Below the pieces are notes generated by a model. The model saw only the letters and a list, made by a program, of their open reading frames with translations. It was not told where the DNA came from and did not search any database. From Cyanophora paradoxa CCMP329 (taxonomy: Eukaryota > Plantae > Glaucophyta), in assembly GCA_004431415.1 (NCBI GenBank), contig QPMI01000544.1, positions 111,917 through 175,916 of the forward strand: a DNA stretch of 64,000 nucleotides, written 5' to 3'. Shown one piece after another: positions 48,812 through 59,723 of the stretch; within the stretch, counting starts at the first letter, position 1; the number at the start of each line of letters is the position of its first letter. The translations under genes and the position numbers were made by a program.

Positions 48812-50290
48812 ATGCCGCCCAAGCGTGTAGCTAAGCGCCAGGCGTCGCCGCCGAGCTCCAGCGATGAAAGGCCGGCCAGCCGAGCAGCCACGCCTTGGCC
48901 CGAGGCCGACACGACGACGGTCTATCAGAAGGCGCGGCCGCTGGCGGGAGCCTGGTCGTTCTTTGGCAGAGTAGGCGAGAAGGCGAGCGAGTCGAGCGCA
49001 CGTCTGCCGGAGAAGCAGATGCCGCCCAGCCGCAGCGCCGTGGCGCTGATCATGAACGACCCCGCGACGCTGCGCGGGCTGCCCGACCCATCGAAAGCGT
49101 CCAGCGTGAAGGAGGCGGAGGAGATCATGGCTGTGAATGCTGCCGTGCTCGCAGAGGAAGCTAAGCCGGTCCGCTCGCCCGCTCGCCGGCCGGCGCACGT
49201 CGCTAACTGCGCCCGCGCTCAGACCCCGGCCGCCGCGTCCGGTCGTGCCGACAAGGGCAAGAAGCACCAGACGTACACGGCGGAGGTGGCAACAGAGATC
49301 GGCAAAGCGTGCTCTGAGGGGCGCAGCATTGCGGAGACCCAGCGGCTTCTCGCGGCCGGCGAGCTGAAGTCGTACGGCTTGCCGAAGCTGAACGTCCCCG
49401 TCTCGACAATCCAGCGCTTCCGGAACGAGTACCGGGCGGCGCTGAAGCAGCAGTACAAGGACGGCAACGTTAGGCCCGTGCTCCTCGAGCGGCGTGCGCC
49501 TGGCCGCCCGCGCGGGCTCGCCCTGGCCGAGGATTGGCTGAAGGCGTACCTCGACCGCATGCGCGGCGACGGCGCCGTTGTCCGCGGCAAGACCATCATC
49601 GGCGCTGCAAAGCGAGTTTATAGAGCTTTCTCTGCGCTTGTTCTTGAGGCCCGCGCGCGCGCAGGGGGATCCTGAAGAAGCGCCGTCGGTACGACCTTCT
49701 CGGCCTGGTCAACCGCCACTGGCTCGAGTCCTTCAAGGATCGCCACGGTGCGCGCGCGCCGCGCAGGCGCCCGGCTCTCTCGCGCGCACATAAAGGCTCG
49801 CGCAGGGCTCGTGCTGCGCCGCGCCACGCAGGACGGCAAGAAGCTCCCGAAAGACTGGGAGGATCAGCGGCTGGACTTCCTGATTCGCGTCGCGAAGAAG
49901 ATGAACGAGTTCATGATTCCGGTCGAGCTGATCGCGAACATCGATCAGACTGGCGTCAACTTCATTCCCTCGCAGAAGTACACCCTCGACTACGGGGGGT
50001 GCACCCTCCCTTCGCCTCTAGATCTCTCTGACTGCTCGCAGTATACGGGCCTCTATGCTGCGGTGATGGAGCCCGAGCGCTTCCCCGAGGAGTGGGCCCT
50101 CATGATTCGCGAGGGGAAGCTCAAGAAGTCCTTCCGCCCTCCCCTCTCGATTAACCCCTTCGCCACCGCCGAGGAGATCGCAGCGTGGGAGTACGAAGGC
50201 GAGCTCGCGGCGTTCGAGGCCGCCCTGCAGTGGCACTGCCACTACGAGCTCGACATGTGGTATCCGCGCTGGAACCCCGAGGAGATCTGA
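48812..50290 (+). pseudogene. pogo/Tigger-like transposase with introns, truncated after the first catalytic Asp
   Basis: HTH region; CENP-B-like LAEDWLKAYL..RGKTIIGAAK|GIL..HWLESFKDRH|GLVLRRAT; IANIDQTG (NxDxTG). The later DDE motifs are absent. Confidence 0.8.
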
Positions 50291-50410
50291 GCTCGAGCAG
50301 CTAGGGCTAGCGGTTTCTCGACTTGTACAGTAACGTAACATTGACAGCAGCGATCTGCAGCGGCGGGGGCGCGGGGGGGGCGGGGGGGGCCTCCGCTGAC
50401 GCCCCCCTAG

Positions 50411-50412
<2 letters not shown>

Positions 50413-50459
<47 letters not shown>
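50413..50459. repeat. (TA)n microsatellite at the left boundary of the virus-like element
   Basis: Pure TA run. Confidence 0.98.
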
Positions 50460-50462
<3 letters not shown>

Positions 50463-50816
50463 GGCCATCAATGGGCCAAACGCGAAAAGTCAACTCCGAG
50501 AGCTCGAGACTCGGAAGTGACGCTTGGATTGCGGAGGTTCTTATAACCGCCGCAACAGCTGTGGGGGTACCCCCTCCGAGGCTGGCGATCGCGGCGATCA
50601 CGACCCTGGCGATCGCGATTTTCTCCCGATCGCGACCCTTTTCGATCGCGATTTCGAGATCGGGGGCATTAATGCGATCGCGAGAAAGGAAAAATCGGAA
50701 AAGGCCGAAAAGTGCGTTTTTCACGCGTGAAATCGATCGAAAACGAGGGTTCGAATCCCGGGCCCGGATTTGGACTTGGTCAGAATCTCGAGTCAAAATG
50801 GGAGAAAAATGTGACC

Positions 50817-50876
50817 TGGGACTTGGGACTTGGGACTTGGGACTTGGGACTTGGGACTTGGGACTTGGGAAGAGTT
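50817..50876 (+). repeat. (GGGACTT)7 + GGGAAGAGTT module
   Basis: Eight GGG tracts at 7-bp spacing. Confidence 0.95.
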
Positions 50877-50969
50877 GGAATCAGAGTCTGGACCCAAAAG
50901 CGGGGAAATTTTCGGACGGGGAGAAAAATGTCAGGCAATCTCTATTACGATTTTCCCTTTGAGTTGAAT

Positions 50970-51398
50970 ATGGCATTCGAGAGGTTGCGCGAGTTCTGGC
51001 GTTGGCACCTCACGGGACATGACATCCCCGACGTAACACCAGAGCCCAACACACAGGGCGTGCTTGAAGTCATCCGTCAATATCCGCGTCGATTCAATGA
51101 ATGGATTGAGTTCCACGCGACGAGCCGTTTCCAGAGCCTCCCCGAGGCCATACGCGAAAATTTCGTGAGGCTGGTGGGACCAGGCTACGACAACCCTAAC
51201 AATCATAGACCACGCCCAGCTGGCGTGACACGCGAAGCTCGAGAAGACCGTAGACTTTTCCGCAGGGAATTGAGAGAGGATAGACGGAGGCTTTCAATGG
51301 GGCTCCCGCAGATTGTGAGGGGGTACAGCCCGGATTACGAGACTTACCAAGAATTGTACGGCTTCGAAAATCCCTTTGAGAGGGTACTACCAGGGTGA
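50970..51398 (+). CDS. Hypothetical viral protein, 142 aa
   Basis: Intact ORF MAFERLREFWRWH..; no family recognised. Confidence 0.6.
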   Translation: MAFERLREFWRWHLTGHDIPDVTPEPNTQGVLEVIRQYPRRFNEWIEFHATSRFQSLPEAIRENFVRLVGPGYDNPNNHRPRPAGVTREAREDRRLFRRELREDRRRLSMGLPQIVRGYSPDYETYQELYGFENPFERVLPG

Positions 51399-51735
51399 GG
51401 GGCCAGGGGGGCCCCTGAGGGTGTACCCCCCATCCGAGACTCGACCTTCGGCGGACGCACTCGGGCAATTTCCGTCAGGCCGGCTCCTTTTTCTGTCTTC
51501 GGTCCAACGCTAAATTTGGCTTTTTCAGGCCAGTTGGCAACGTTTTCCGTTGCGAACTAGCCCAGGAAAAAATTCGCCCACAAAACCGCGGTCCGCCGCC
51601 ATTTTGCCTCACTCTTGAAACGGGTTCGCCGCCTTCTCTCAGCCCAAGGAAACCCTGCCTCTCCGAATTTTCACAAGTCCGCCCTCACAGTCACCTCACG
51701 TTTTGCCTTTGCTGATTTCTTTTCCCTTTGCGCAG

Positions 51736-52800
51736 ATGTCGATTCCCGCTGAGCTTGCCGAGGACTTCGCCTTTGTCCAAGCAACGTGGGCTAACTCCGG
51801 TGGCACTCAAGGGGCTACCCCTGAGATGGAGCAGCGCGCCGACGCTCTGGGGTACATCTACAATTATGCCATCTTACGCGCCACTGGCCCGAAGTGCAAC
51901 TTCTCCCCAAGTCCGCCTTCACGTCCAAGGCCAAGAAATCCAAGTCCAAGCAACCCAAGCCCGAGCCCCCGTCGACGTGCCCCCCGTCCCGGCTGGGTCA
52001 AGACCGCCAACGGCTGGGGCGACCCCAAGCTTTTCGCCGAGTCTGCTGCCGAGACGCTCGCCTGGGCCTACCCCCTCAAGTCTTCACGAATTACCCCCTC
52101 CGTCATCGTCGTCATCTGCCCCTCAGCCCGTCGCCGAGCCCGCCCCGAGCCCGCCGATGACGCCAAGTCCGAGGCCTCTGACGTCGAGTCTGACATCAAC
52201 GACTTCATCGACTTTGACGTGCCGATTCCATACGACTCTGAGTCGTCTTCTGACTCTGAAGGCGACAACGAAAACCCGACTCGCAAGCGCCGCATTATCA
52301 AGACCAAGTCAATCGTCAAGAAGAAGTTCATGGAGACTACGTCATTCACCGACAACTCCGAGCGCGTCAAGGACCCCGCCAAGGCACACGAGAAGGACTT
52401 GAAGCTCGGCGCCGGCATTGCCCGTTCTCGCGTGACGTCACACTACAGCGAGCGCCTGACTCAGCACGTCAAGACCATTGAGAAGCGCGTCCTCTGCAAC
52501 GAGCTCCGCAAGGAGTTGGAGCGCAAGCGGCGCCACGAGCGCCTTGTCCAGTACCAGATCAACAAGGCGCGGATCGCCGAGCGCAAGCAGAAGGAGGCGG
52601 CCGAGCTCAAGGCGCGCATCGAGGCTCAGCAGCAGCGCGAGGCAGAGGCGGCAGCGGCCTTGGCGGCGCAGCGCGAGCGCGAGCGGCAGGACTTGGTGCA
52701 GGCAGCGCAGTCCCTTCCCCGCATTCCCCTTAAGTCGGCGCCCGAGGGCCTCATTGAGTTGGTTTCCGATGACGATGACTCTGACTTTGAGATGCTGTAA
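51736..52800 (+). CDS. Hypothetical protein with acidic tract and coiled coil
   Basis: Long ORF with strong C/G-ending codon bias; possible internal compensating frameshifts near 51900-52130. Confidence 0.65.
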   Translation: MSIPAELAEDFAFVQATWANSGGTQGATPEMEQRADALGYIYNYAILRATGPKCNFSPSPPSRPRPRNPSPSNPSPSPRRRAPRPGWVKTANGWGDPKLFAESAAETLAWAYPLKSSRITPSVIVVICPSARRRARPEPADDAKSEASDVESDINDFIDFDVPIPYDSESSSDSEGDNENPTRKRRIIKTKSIVKKKFMETTSFTDNSERVKDPAKAHEKDLKLGAGIARSRVTSHYSERLTQHVKTIEKRVLCNELRKELERKRRHERLVQYQINKARIAERKQKEAAELKARIEAQQQREAEAAAALAAQRERERQDLVQAAQSLPRIPLKSAPEGLIELVSDDDDSDFEML

Positions 52801-52873
52801 ATAGTATTGCGTCATTCCATTGTACATACTTGTAAAAATTGGCCGACTATTCAGTTACGACTTGGCGCGATCC

Positions 52874-52933
52874 TGGGACTTGGGACTTGGGACTTGGGAC
52901 TTGGGACTTGGGACTTGGGACTTGGGAAGAGTT
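52874..52933 (+). repeat. (GGGACTT)7 + GGGAAGAGTT module
   Basis: Second copy of the module. Confidence 0.95.
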
Positions 52934-53362
52934 AGACTCAGGGTCTGGGCCCAGAATCTCTCTGGATCTGAGAGTTTGCCGCGCCAAGTCCCTAACCACC
53001 GGGCAGACATGTAGAGGGGTACGGAAATCTGCATATGACGTTTCTGGTGACATTCCAGGTGAGATTTCAAGCGAGGTAGAGTCTGAACTGGTGTACGACT
53101 TGTAGCATGATACTGGACATGAAAGCTCACGAGAGTATGCAACCGAAAACGGATGTGAAGAGGGGTAGGAGTTTTCGTGTGAGATGTCGAGAGAAGGAGG
53201 GTACGAGATGGGATACGAGTAAAAAAGACTACGAGTAAAAAAGACTACGAGTAAAAAAGAGTATGAGGAGTGGTAGGAGTAAAAAAGTCGGTAGAAAAAC
53301 TCACCTGACTTGTCTGACAAATTTCTGATCCTGGAGAAAGTCTGGGCCGGGACCTGGGTTTC

Positions 53363-53450
53363 AACTCTTCCCAAGTCCCAAGTCCCAAGTCCCAAGTCCC
53401 AAGTCCAAGTCCCAAGTCCCAAGTCCCAAGTCCCAAGTCCCAAGTCCCAG
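53363..53450 (-). repeat. (GGGACTT)~11 + GGGAAGAGTT module, inverted
   Basis: AAGTCCC array; flanking sequence is homologous to that of the 52874 copy. Confidence 0.95.
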
Positions 53451-53472
53451 GTTTTTCTGAACCTAGGGCAAA

Positions 53473-53789
53473 ATGGCCCTGCTCCGGTGCACCGACTCGC
53501 AAGACGTCGCCTACAACGTCCTGGTCAACTCGGACGTACCCCGAGTGCCTTGGAGTTTCCCTGGAGAGTGGACAGGGACAGGGTGAGCAAGACGTTTGGA
53601 GGGCGCAAGCACTACCTCTCCCAGCTGATCCTCGGGAAGTCGCCACGTGGACGCTACGTGGAACACATCAACGGCAACCCGCTGGACTACAGGAGGGAGA
53701 ACCTGCGCTGGGCATCAATGTCGGAGATTCGCAAGAAGAGGAGGGGTACGCCAATTTACAGGAGAAGAGCGAGGAGATTCGGGAGATGA
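53473..53789 (+). CDS. HNH endonuclease-like protein (one frameshift)
   Basis: HYLSQLILG..YVEHINGNPLDYRRENLRWAS matches the HNH_3-type V.HINGxxLDNRxxNLR motif. Confidence 0.8.
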
Positions 53790-53825
53790 TGGAGGCGACA
53801 CAGGTGCTAATGCAGCTTAGCCAGT

Positions 53826-54637
53826 CTAGACGCTAGTGGTGTGAATCTTGGTGTCGTACTCGCGACCGACCGTTTCCCAGGCCACGTAAACTTCGGCTCC
53901 GGCGCCTGGCGCTGTCGAGTTGGTAGTCGCAGTCGTGTAGTCCGCCTCTGCCTCAATTAGTTCGGCCATGAGGGTAGAGCCCACGACCATTCCAGAGGTA
54001 GGCATTCCGGCGATGTTGTTGTACAATTTGAAAGTGAATTTCGTGAAGAGGAGCCGGGCCAGACCTGGGTACGGGGATTCGAGGCGCCGTATGAATAATC
54101 GGTACCCGAGGCGCCGCCCGTGGTGGCATTCGTCATCATCTCCTTTGCGGTCATCTTCCAGAGGTTGTACATCTCAAAGGGAACGGCCTGCGTGGTCTTG
54201 TGTGTGGCATCGATGAGGGCGCCATCTAAATGCGTTTTGATGTTCGGATTCGCACCATTCCCGAATTTGCGAGTGAGGGCGGTGTTAGCGGTGAACTTGA
54301 GTTCGAGCACGCGAATGGCGGGCCGATCAGGCACAGAGGGCTCTATCTTTTTCAGGAGGCCCGAGAGCCAGAGCGCCTCCGCCTCATCCGCGCTCACGCC
54401 CGAGTCGATGTCAAAGTACACGTACACGGAGCAGGAGGCGGGATTCTCGAAATCGTTGGAGGTGACGCGCAACATGACGGGATTCTGGACCCTCACGGTG
54501 AGCGGGGTGGCGTAGTTTCCGTCCCACTCCACCTTGTCCGTCCCTGCGTTGGCCACGTTCCCAGCGTTGCCGTAGAAATCGGGGACGATCGAGCCGGCAG
54601 ACACGGTCTTCACGATGGTGGCCGAGGTGGTCGGCAT
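53826..54637 (-). CDS. Beta-rich hypothetical viral protein, paralog 1 (frameshift near 54050)
   Basis: Aligns by eye with the adjacent ORF: VQNPVMLRV..YFD..SGLLKKI..IRVLELKF. Confidence 0.65.
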
Positions 54638-54659
54638 TTTGCGACCTCAAATGAGAAAG

Positions 54660-55340
54660 ATTATCCGTGAAAGAGGGTGATGTCGCCACCGATGTTCATG
54701 ACGCGGGCCCCAGGCACAGAGTCAGCGTCGGTGCCGTACGCGTAGGAAATCGAGCACTCACGCAGCTCCGCGCAGAGGCTGGCGCCCGTGCTGAAGTGGG
54801 GCTGGTCGGCGGCGTAGGAGAGGGGGAAGACCTGGAACCTGAAAAAGGTGAAGGGGAAGCGGGGTAGAGTCGAGCCGCGTGGGTTGCCGCCCGTGTAGAG
54901 GGCCCCAGGGTCGCGGGACTTGGATTGAATTTCGTGAAGAGCACGTCGCCCTTGAGCGTACCCCTCATCTGGTAAGTTCCCGTACCCGGAAGATTCGAAG
55001 AACTGGGGTACCGGTTCACGGTGGGGCCGTACCCCGTCTCCCTGAACTTGACCTCGAGACAGCGCAAGACGTTGGCAGTGGCCGTGGCAGGTGCCACCTT
55101 TTTCACGAGTCCTGATTCGTGCAGCAGCTCGATAACCTCTGCGCTGAGGCTCAGAGGGTCGAAGAAGAGCTGGTAGGAATAAATCTTGGGCGTGGCGTAG
55201 GCGTTCTGAACGACCTGAATCACGACGGGATTCTGCAGAAAGACGTCGACGTAACTGCCGGAGGGTATGCGTGCGAAATCCTTGGTGTTGTTGCCAACGT
55301 CAAGTGAGCCGCTGAGGGTCTGGTACCAGTTGGAAGTCAT
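54660..55340 (-). CDS. Beta-rich hypothetical viral protein, paralog 2 (frameshifted 3' part)
   Basis: LQNPVVIQV..FFD..SGLVKKV..LRCLEVKF. Confidence 0.65.
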
Positions 55341-55379
55341 TTACCCCGGGGCAGATATTTTTTCGGATCGTAGAGGAAA

Positions 55380-57502
55380 ATGCCCCGCTTCGTATTCGTG
55401 AAAAAGCAGGTGGTGCAGGCTCCGCAGTATGGCGTGGAGCCGATCTCGCTGACTGTGGGCAGGCCCCAGGTGCGATCGGGCTCCGTGCTCAACAACGGGA
55501 ACAGTACGTACGGCTTTCAGCTGAACTGGGTCGCGGTCACCAACGCCGTCAAGTACAAGGTGTACAGGGCGACCAGCATCAACGGCCCCTGGGATCTCGT
55601 GGCCACGGTGAATGCGCCAACCGTCACCTACACGGACTCTCCCTTTAGTTTGGGGCCCAGCGACTCTACCGCGTGGCGGCGGTTCGCGAACAGGGCAGCA
55701 GCAGCACGGGCTCTGATGGCAAAGCCCCGCCCACAACCTACGCACAGTCGCTTCTCTACACCCACGAGGGTGCCATGAGCAATTACATTCTCTTCCAAGG
55801 CATAGGCGGCTTCAGCCCGCAGATCGAAGCCTACACCACGCTCACGACCGCCACGGCCCAGACCTACGGCGATTTTATTGCCGGGGCGGCCCGCGTCTTC
55901 GGGCTTCCCGAAACCCGCCATAGTCGTCACAATCAACTGGGTGGCCATGGAGGGCGCGGACTCGATTCGAATTTACAGGAACGGTACGCCAATCGGATTT
56001 GCGAGCAGTGCCCTGTCTACCTCGTACATTGACGATAGCACTGCTCTTACGTGGGCACGGAATACTCTTACCAGGTGGCCGGCATCGTGGGCGGTGTCGA
56101 ATACGACAAGTCCGATCCGCTCCTGGTCTGGACTATGCCAAACGCCCCACGAACGTGACGGCATCAGCACCCAACGACCAGCAGCAGCCTGTCAGCCTCA
56201 GCTGGACTGCGTCCACGGGAGCGACGGGATACAAGATTTACAGAGACGGGGCCTACCTCACAGACTCCGCGACCAACTCCTACAGCGACACGACCACCGT
56301 CTGGGTACAGGGTACGAGTACCAGATCTCCGCGACGAACACGGGAGGGAGGGGCCGAAGAGTATTGCGGCGTACGTCACCACGGACCGGGGGCGCCCACT
56401 GGGCTCACTGCAACCCCGCGGCGGGGCAGCACAGCCTGTTGTGCTCGAGTGGTCGGTGCCGGTGACGGGCGTCACCGTCTCCTACAACATCTACAGGGGT
56501 GGCGTGTTCCTTGCCAGCGACACGAGCAGCCCTTTTCGGACACAACGACCGTTTACGGAACCACTTACACTTACACCATCAAGGGCGTCAACCAGATCGG
56601 CGAGGAAGGCCTCAGTCCTCGTCTGCCAGTGCAACAACTGCAAACGCTCCTGTTTTGGGTACATTCTCCTACACCGGGGCCGACCAGACTTTCGTAGTAC
56701 CAACGGGGACTGTGGCTGTGCGTGTCATCGTATGGGCGGCCGGGGTGGAGGCGGAGAACGCGCAGGTACGGGGGTCCGTGGAGGCGCGGGTGCTTGCGTA
56801 GTTGGTACATTGGCTGTGTCCTCGGGGAGACGCTCATCCTTGTTGTTGGATGCGGCGGCCCAAAGGGTGTATCGGGGACTGCCACTGCTACCGTCTACGG
56901 AGGTGGTGGAAGGGGCTGGAGCCATAGCGTCGATCCGGAGTACAAAAACGGCGCCGGTGGTGGTCGTTCTGCAATTCAGCGCGTTGCAGGGACCGACTTG
57001 GTTGTTGCAGGGGCCGGAGGTGGGGTACATGTGATTCGAATGGCGGCGGGGAGTAGGCGGGGGTTGACCGGTGGTGCGGCTGGGTTGGTTGGAGTAACCG
57101 GAGAGATACCGGCTCAAGGAGGCACCCAAACCGCTGGCGGAGCCGGTGTTGTGGCCTCAGGGGCCAGGCCCAGCAACCCGGGAACTTTGCGCCAAGGTGG
57201 AGAGACTGGGCCTGATTCAAGCGGCTACAGGTTCGGTGGTGGTGGTGGTGGTGGTTACTTCGGTGGAGGCTCTGGGTCCAGCAGGAGCGGAGTGTCAGAG
57301 AACCAATAGCAAGAATGTTTGGAGGTGGCGGTGGCTCGAGCTACATAGGAAACTTGACGGATGCTACGGTGTATCCTGGGTCCGGCAGGTGGCAGGAAAT
57401 AGCGGAGACGCTCACTACGCAGCAGGCATTGGTAGGGGCGGCAACGGTGGCTCGTCTTTCAGCGACGGTGGCAACGGTCGAATTGTGATACTCGCGGTGT
57501 AG
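55380..57502 (+). CDS. Fibronectin type III repeat + glycine-rich protein(s), multiply frameshifted
   Basis: FN3 motifs LNWVAVTNAVKYKVYR, LSWTASTGATGYKIYRDG, LEWSVP..SYNIYRGG. Gly-rich domain FSYTGADQTFVVP..GAGGGRSAI..GGGGGYFGGG..GGNGRIVI. Confidence 0.8.
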
Positions 57503-57522
57503 TTATTCCTAGTTGTTCCAGA

Positions 57523-58571
57523 TCAGCTCGCCAGTGCCGCTACCTGGTCTTTGAGAGTTTGAACTTCTTGTGAAAGTTCCTGAATTGCCTTCAACGACAG
57601 GGAAATGAGCCTGTCGTAGTTTACCCCGAGAAATCCATCCGCGTTCTCGAAAACGAGACTCGGGAAGACGCCTTGGACTTCCTGTGCGATGAGACCGTAA
57701 TCCGTTTTCGAACCCCCCGAGGATGTGTTCTTCCAGGTGAACGACACGGGATTCAGCTGCAGCAGAAGAGGAGAATGCCCGACATGCTCGCGACATTTTC
57801 TTTCAGGCGGCTATCGCTCGACGAGTTTGTCAGGTATCCTTGAGCATCCGAATAACGGCTCGGTTTCCATCGCCCGTGAGCGTCGAGACGATGAGCCGAC
57901 CCGTGATGCCAACGCCGACGGTTCCGCACAGCAGTCGTTCGGTGCCGTTGTTTCTCAAGGATAGACCAGAGCTGACGCTTCCGCTATCAACGATTGAAGT
58001 GTTTGCTATGCTTAGGCCATTAGTAGGGCCTTCGATTGCCGAGGTAAATAGAGTACCTGTAACACCAACGCCAAGAGTCCACAGAGGAGTCTATCGTTTT
58101 CGTTGTACTTTATAGCTACGCCTGAACCACCGCCATTTATGTACGGTGACGTTCCGGTAATTTGCAGCTTATCGTCCAATGTAACGATGCCCGCCAAGTT
58201 TGAAGCCCCGCTCACCCTAAGCCCCCCACCACGTTTGCTCCGCCTCCTTGCACATACAGAGCCGCATTCCCTCCCGTTCACAGTCCCATTAAAGGTCACC
58301 TGATTCGTGGTGTACCCGCTCCCGTCCCAGGCCCCGTTCGTGACGGTGAGCCTCTGCGTCCTCACGCGCCCCGGCACGGCCGACCCGCCCTCCCGCGTGC
58401 GCATCTTGTCGCAGCGCAGCTCGCCGACGCGGACGAGGTCGCCTCGGAAAAGGGACGCCGTGGCGTTGTAGGGGCTCGGTGGCCTGGTTTCGAGGGTGGT
58501 CTCCTTAATCGTGTGATCGCCCTTGTGATTCACGCTGGCAGCATAGGTAAATAGAGGACAGCGACCGACAT
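57523..58571 (-). CDS. Fibre-like protein with C-terminal peptidase S74 intramolecular chaperone (frameshifted)
   Basis: LLQLNPVSFTWK..YGLIAQEVQGVFPSLV..LGVNYDRLISLSLKAIQEL, followed by a coiled-coil end. Confidence 0.85.
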
Positions 58572-58662
58572 TTTGGATTGCATCAGAAAATCGATTACAT
58601 AAGCAGCTTGCCGATCGCGGTCCAATGAATAAAAAGCTGGACAATTTGGGTGGGCGTGACCG

Positions 58663-59700
58663 TCATTCTGGGTTGAATCTCACTTTAACTGTAAAGCCAG
58701 TGTGACTCACCGCCGTGACGTTGGCCCCGTAGAAATCGACATCCGTGCTGCCGCCGGGATTGATGTCGAACGAGGGGGTTACGTTAATAACCGCGTTGGG
58801 TTTGCTGGGTCCCAGTCCGCCTCCAGTGTCGTACGCCTGTCCGAATGTAATGTTGAACGTCACCGTGTATGTTGAATTGATGTTAAACTCCGTGTACGCA
58901 GCGTAGGAGTGGAAGGACGTGCCGTGCGTTATGTACGCATCCATGTTCACGTTTCTGTGCCGTGGCTGGTGAGCGAGTACTCTGTGTGACTGTGCGTAGA
59001 GGGTGGAAGGAAGTGGGTCGGTCGATGACATATCCCAGTACACATTGTGACTGTGTGTAGAGGGGGGAAGGTAAGTGGCTTGCCCGTTACGTTGTCCCAA
59101 TCCACGGAGATGTTCGTCAGTCCGGGGCCGTCCAGTCGCTGATCTGAGAGATGGTGTGCTGGTGGTCTGCGTGGGATACGTACTCGGCTTCCCCGTGATG
59201 CATCCCACGCCCACGTTGTTGGTATCACGGGTATCGTCGGCCTCCGCTGAGATCTGCATACGCCCCCGTGTGTGCCACCGTCGCCAGCTGCGGCAACGGC
59301 AACGCCCACGGTGCTCACGGCCTGGCTCGCCCCGGCGCCATGTGCCACTCGTAGTTCTGCGATGCAAACACGGGCTGGCCTGGCTCGGGCGCCCAGTACT
59401 CGATGCCTTTGGCGATCTTCTTGGTGTATGGTGCTGCAGGCCTGTCAACCAATTTATCGACGTAGGCCTTGGGTACCAGCCAGTTTGCCTTGGGGCTCTG
59501 CGAATTGATCCCGTTGTCTATGAAGGCCCGTATTCCTGAAGGCCTCGGCCTCCCACCAATCCGCATGCGGAAGTCCGGGAATCTCGAGGCGAGTTGGCGT
59601 CCGCCAGGCGGGCCACCTGCGCCCCTCGTTCGACGAGACGCCCGAGTGACGGATGGCGAGCCGAATTCGCGCCTTAGGGCTTCGATGTGATTGATCCTGT
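58663..59700 (-). CDS. Tail-fibre-like protein fragments
   Basis: ISVDWDNVTGKPLTFPP / PPSTHSH..WD / THSHTEY repeats; C-terminal ITFGQAY..VTAVSHTGFTVKV resembles an H-type-lectin-like fibre tip. Confidence 0.55.
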
Positions 59701-59723
59701 TGAGGCCTCCTGGTAGACGGCAA

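Noticed and set aside
50580-50690. GCGATCGC as cyanobacterial HIP1, implying endosymbiotic transfer
   Set aside because: It is clustered only in ~100 bp of the element terminus, with no cyanobacterial genes nearby.
50817-53450. GGGACTT arrays as telomeres
   Set aside because: They are short, internal, in both orientations and embedded in conserved flanking modules.
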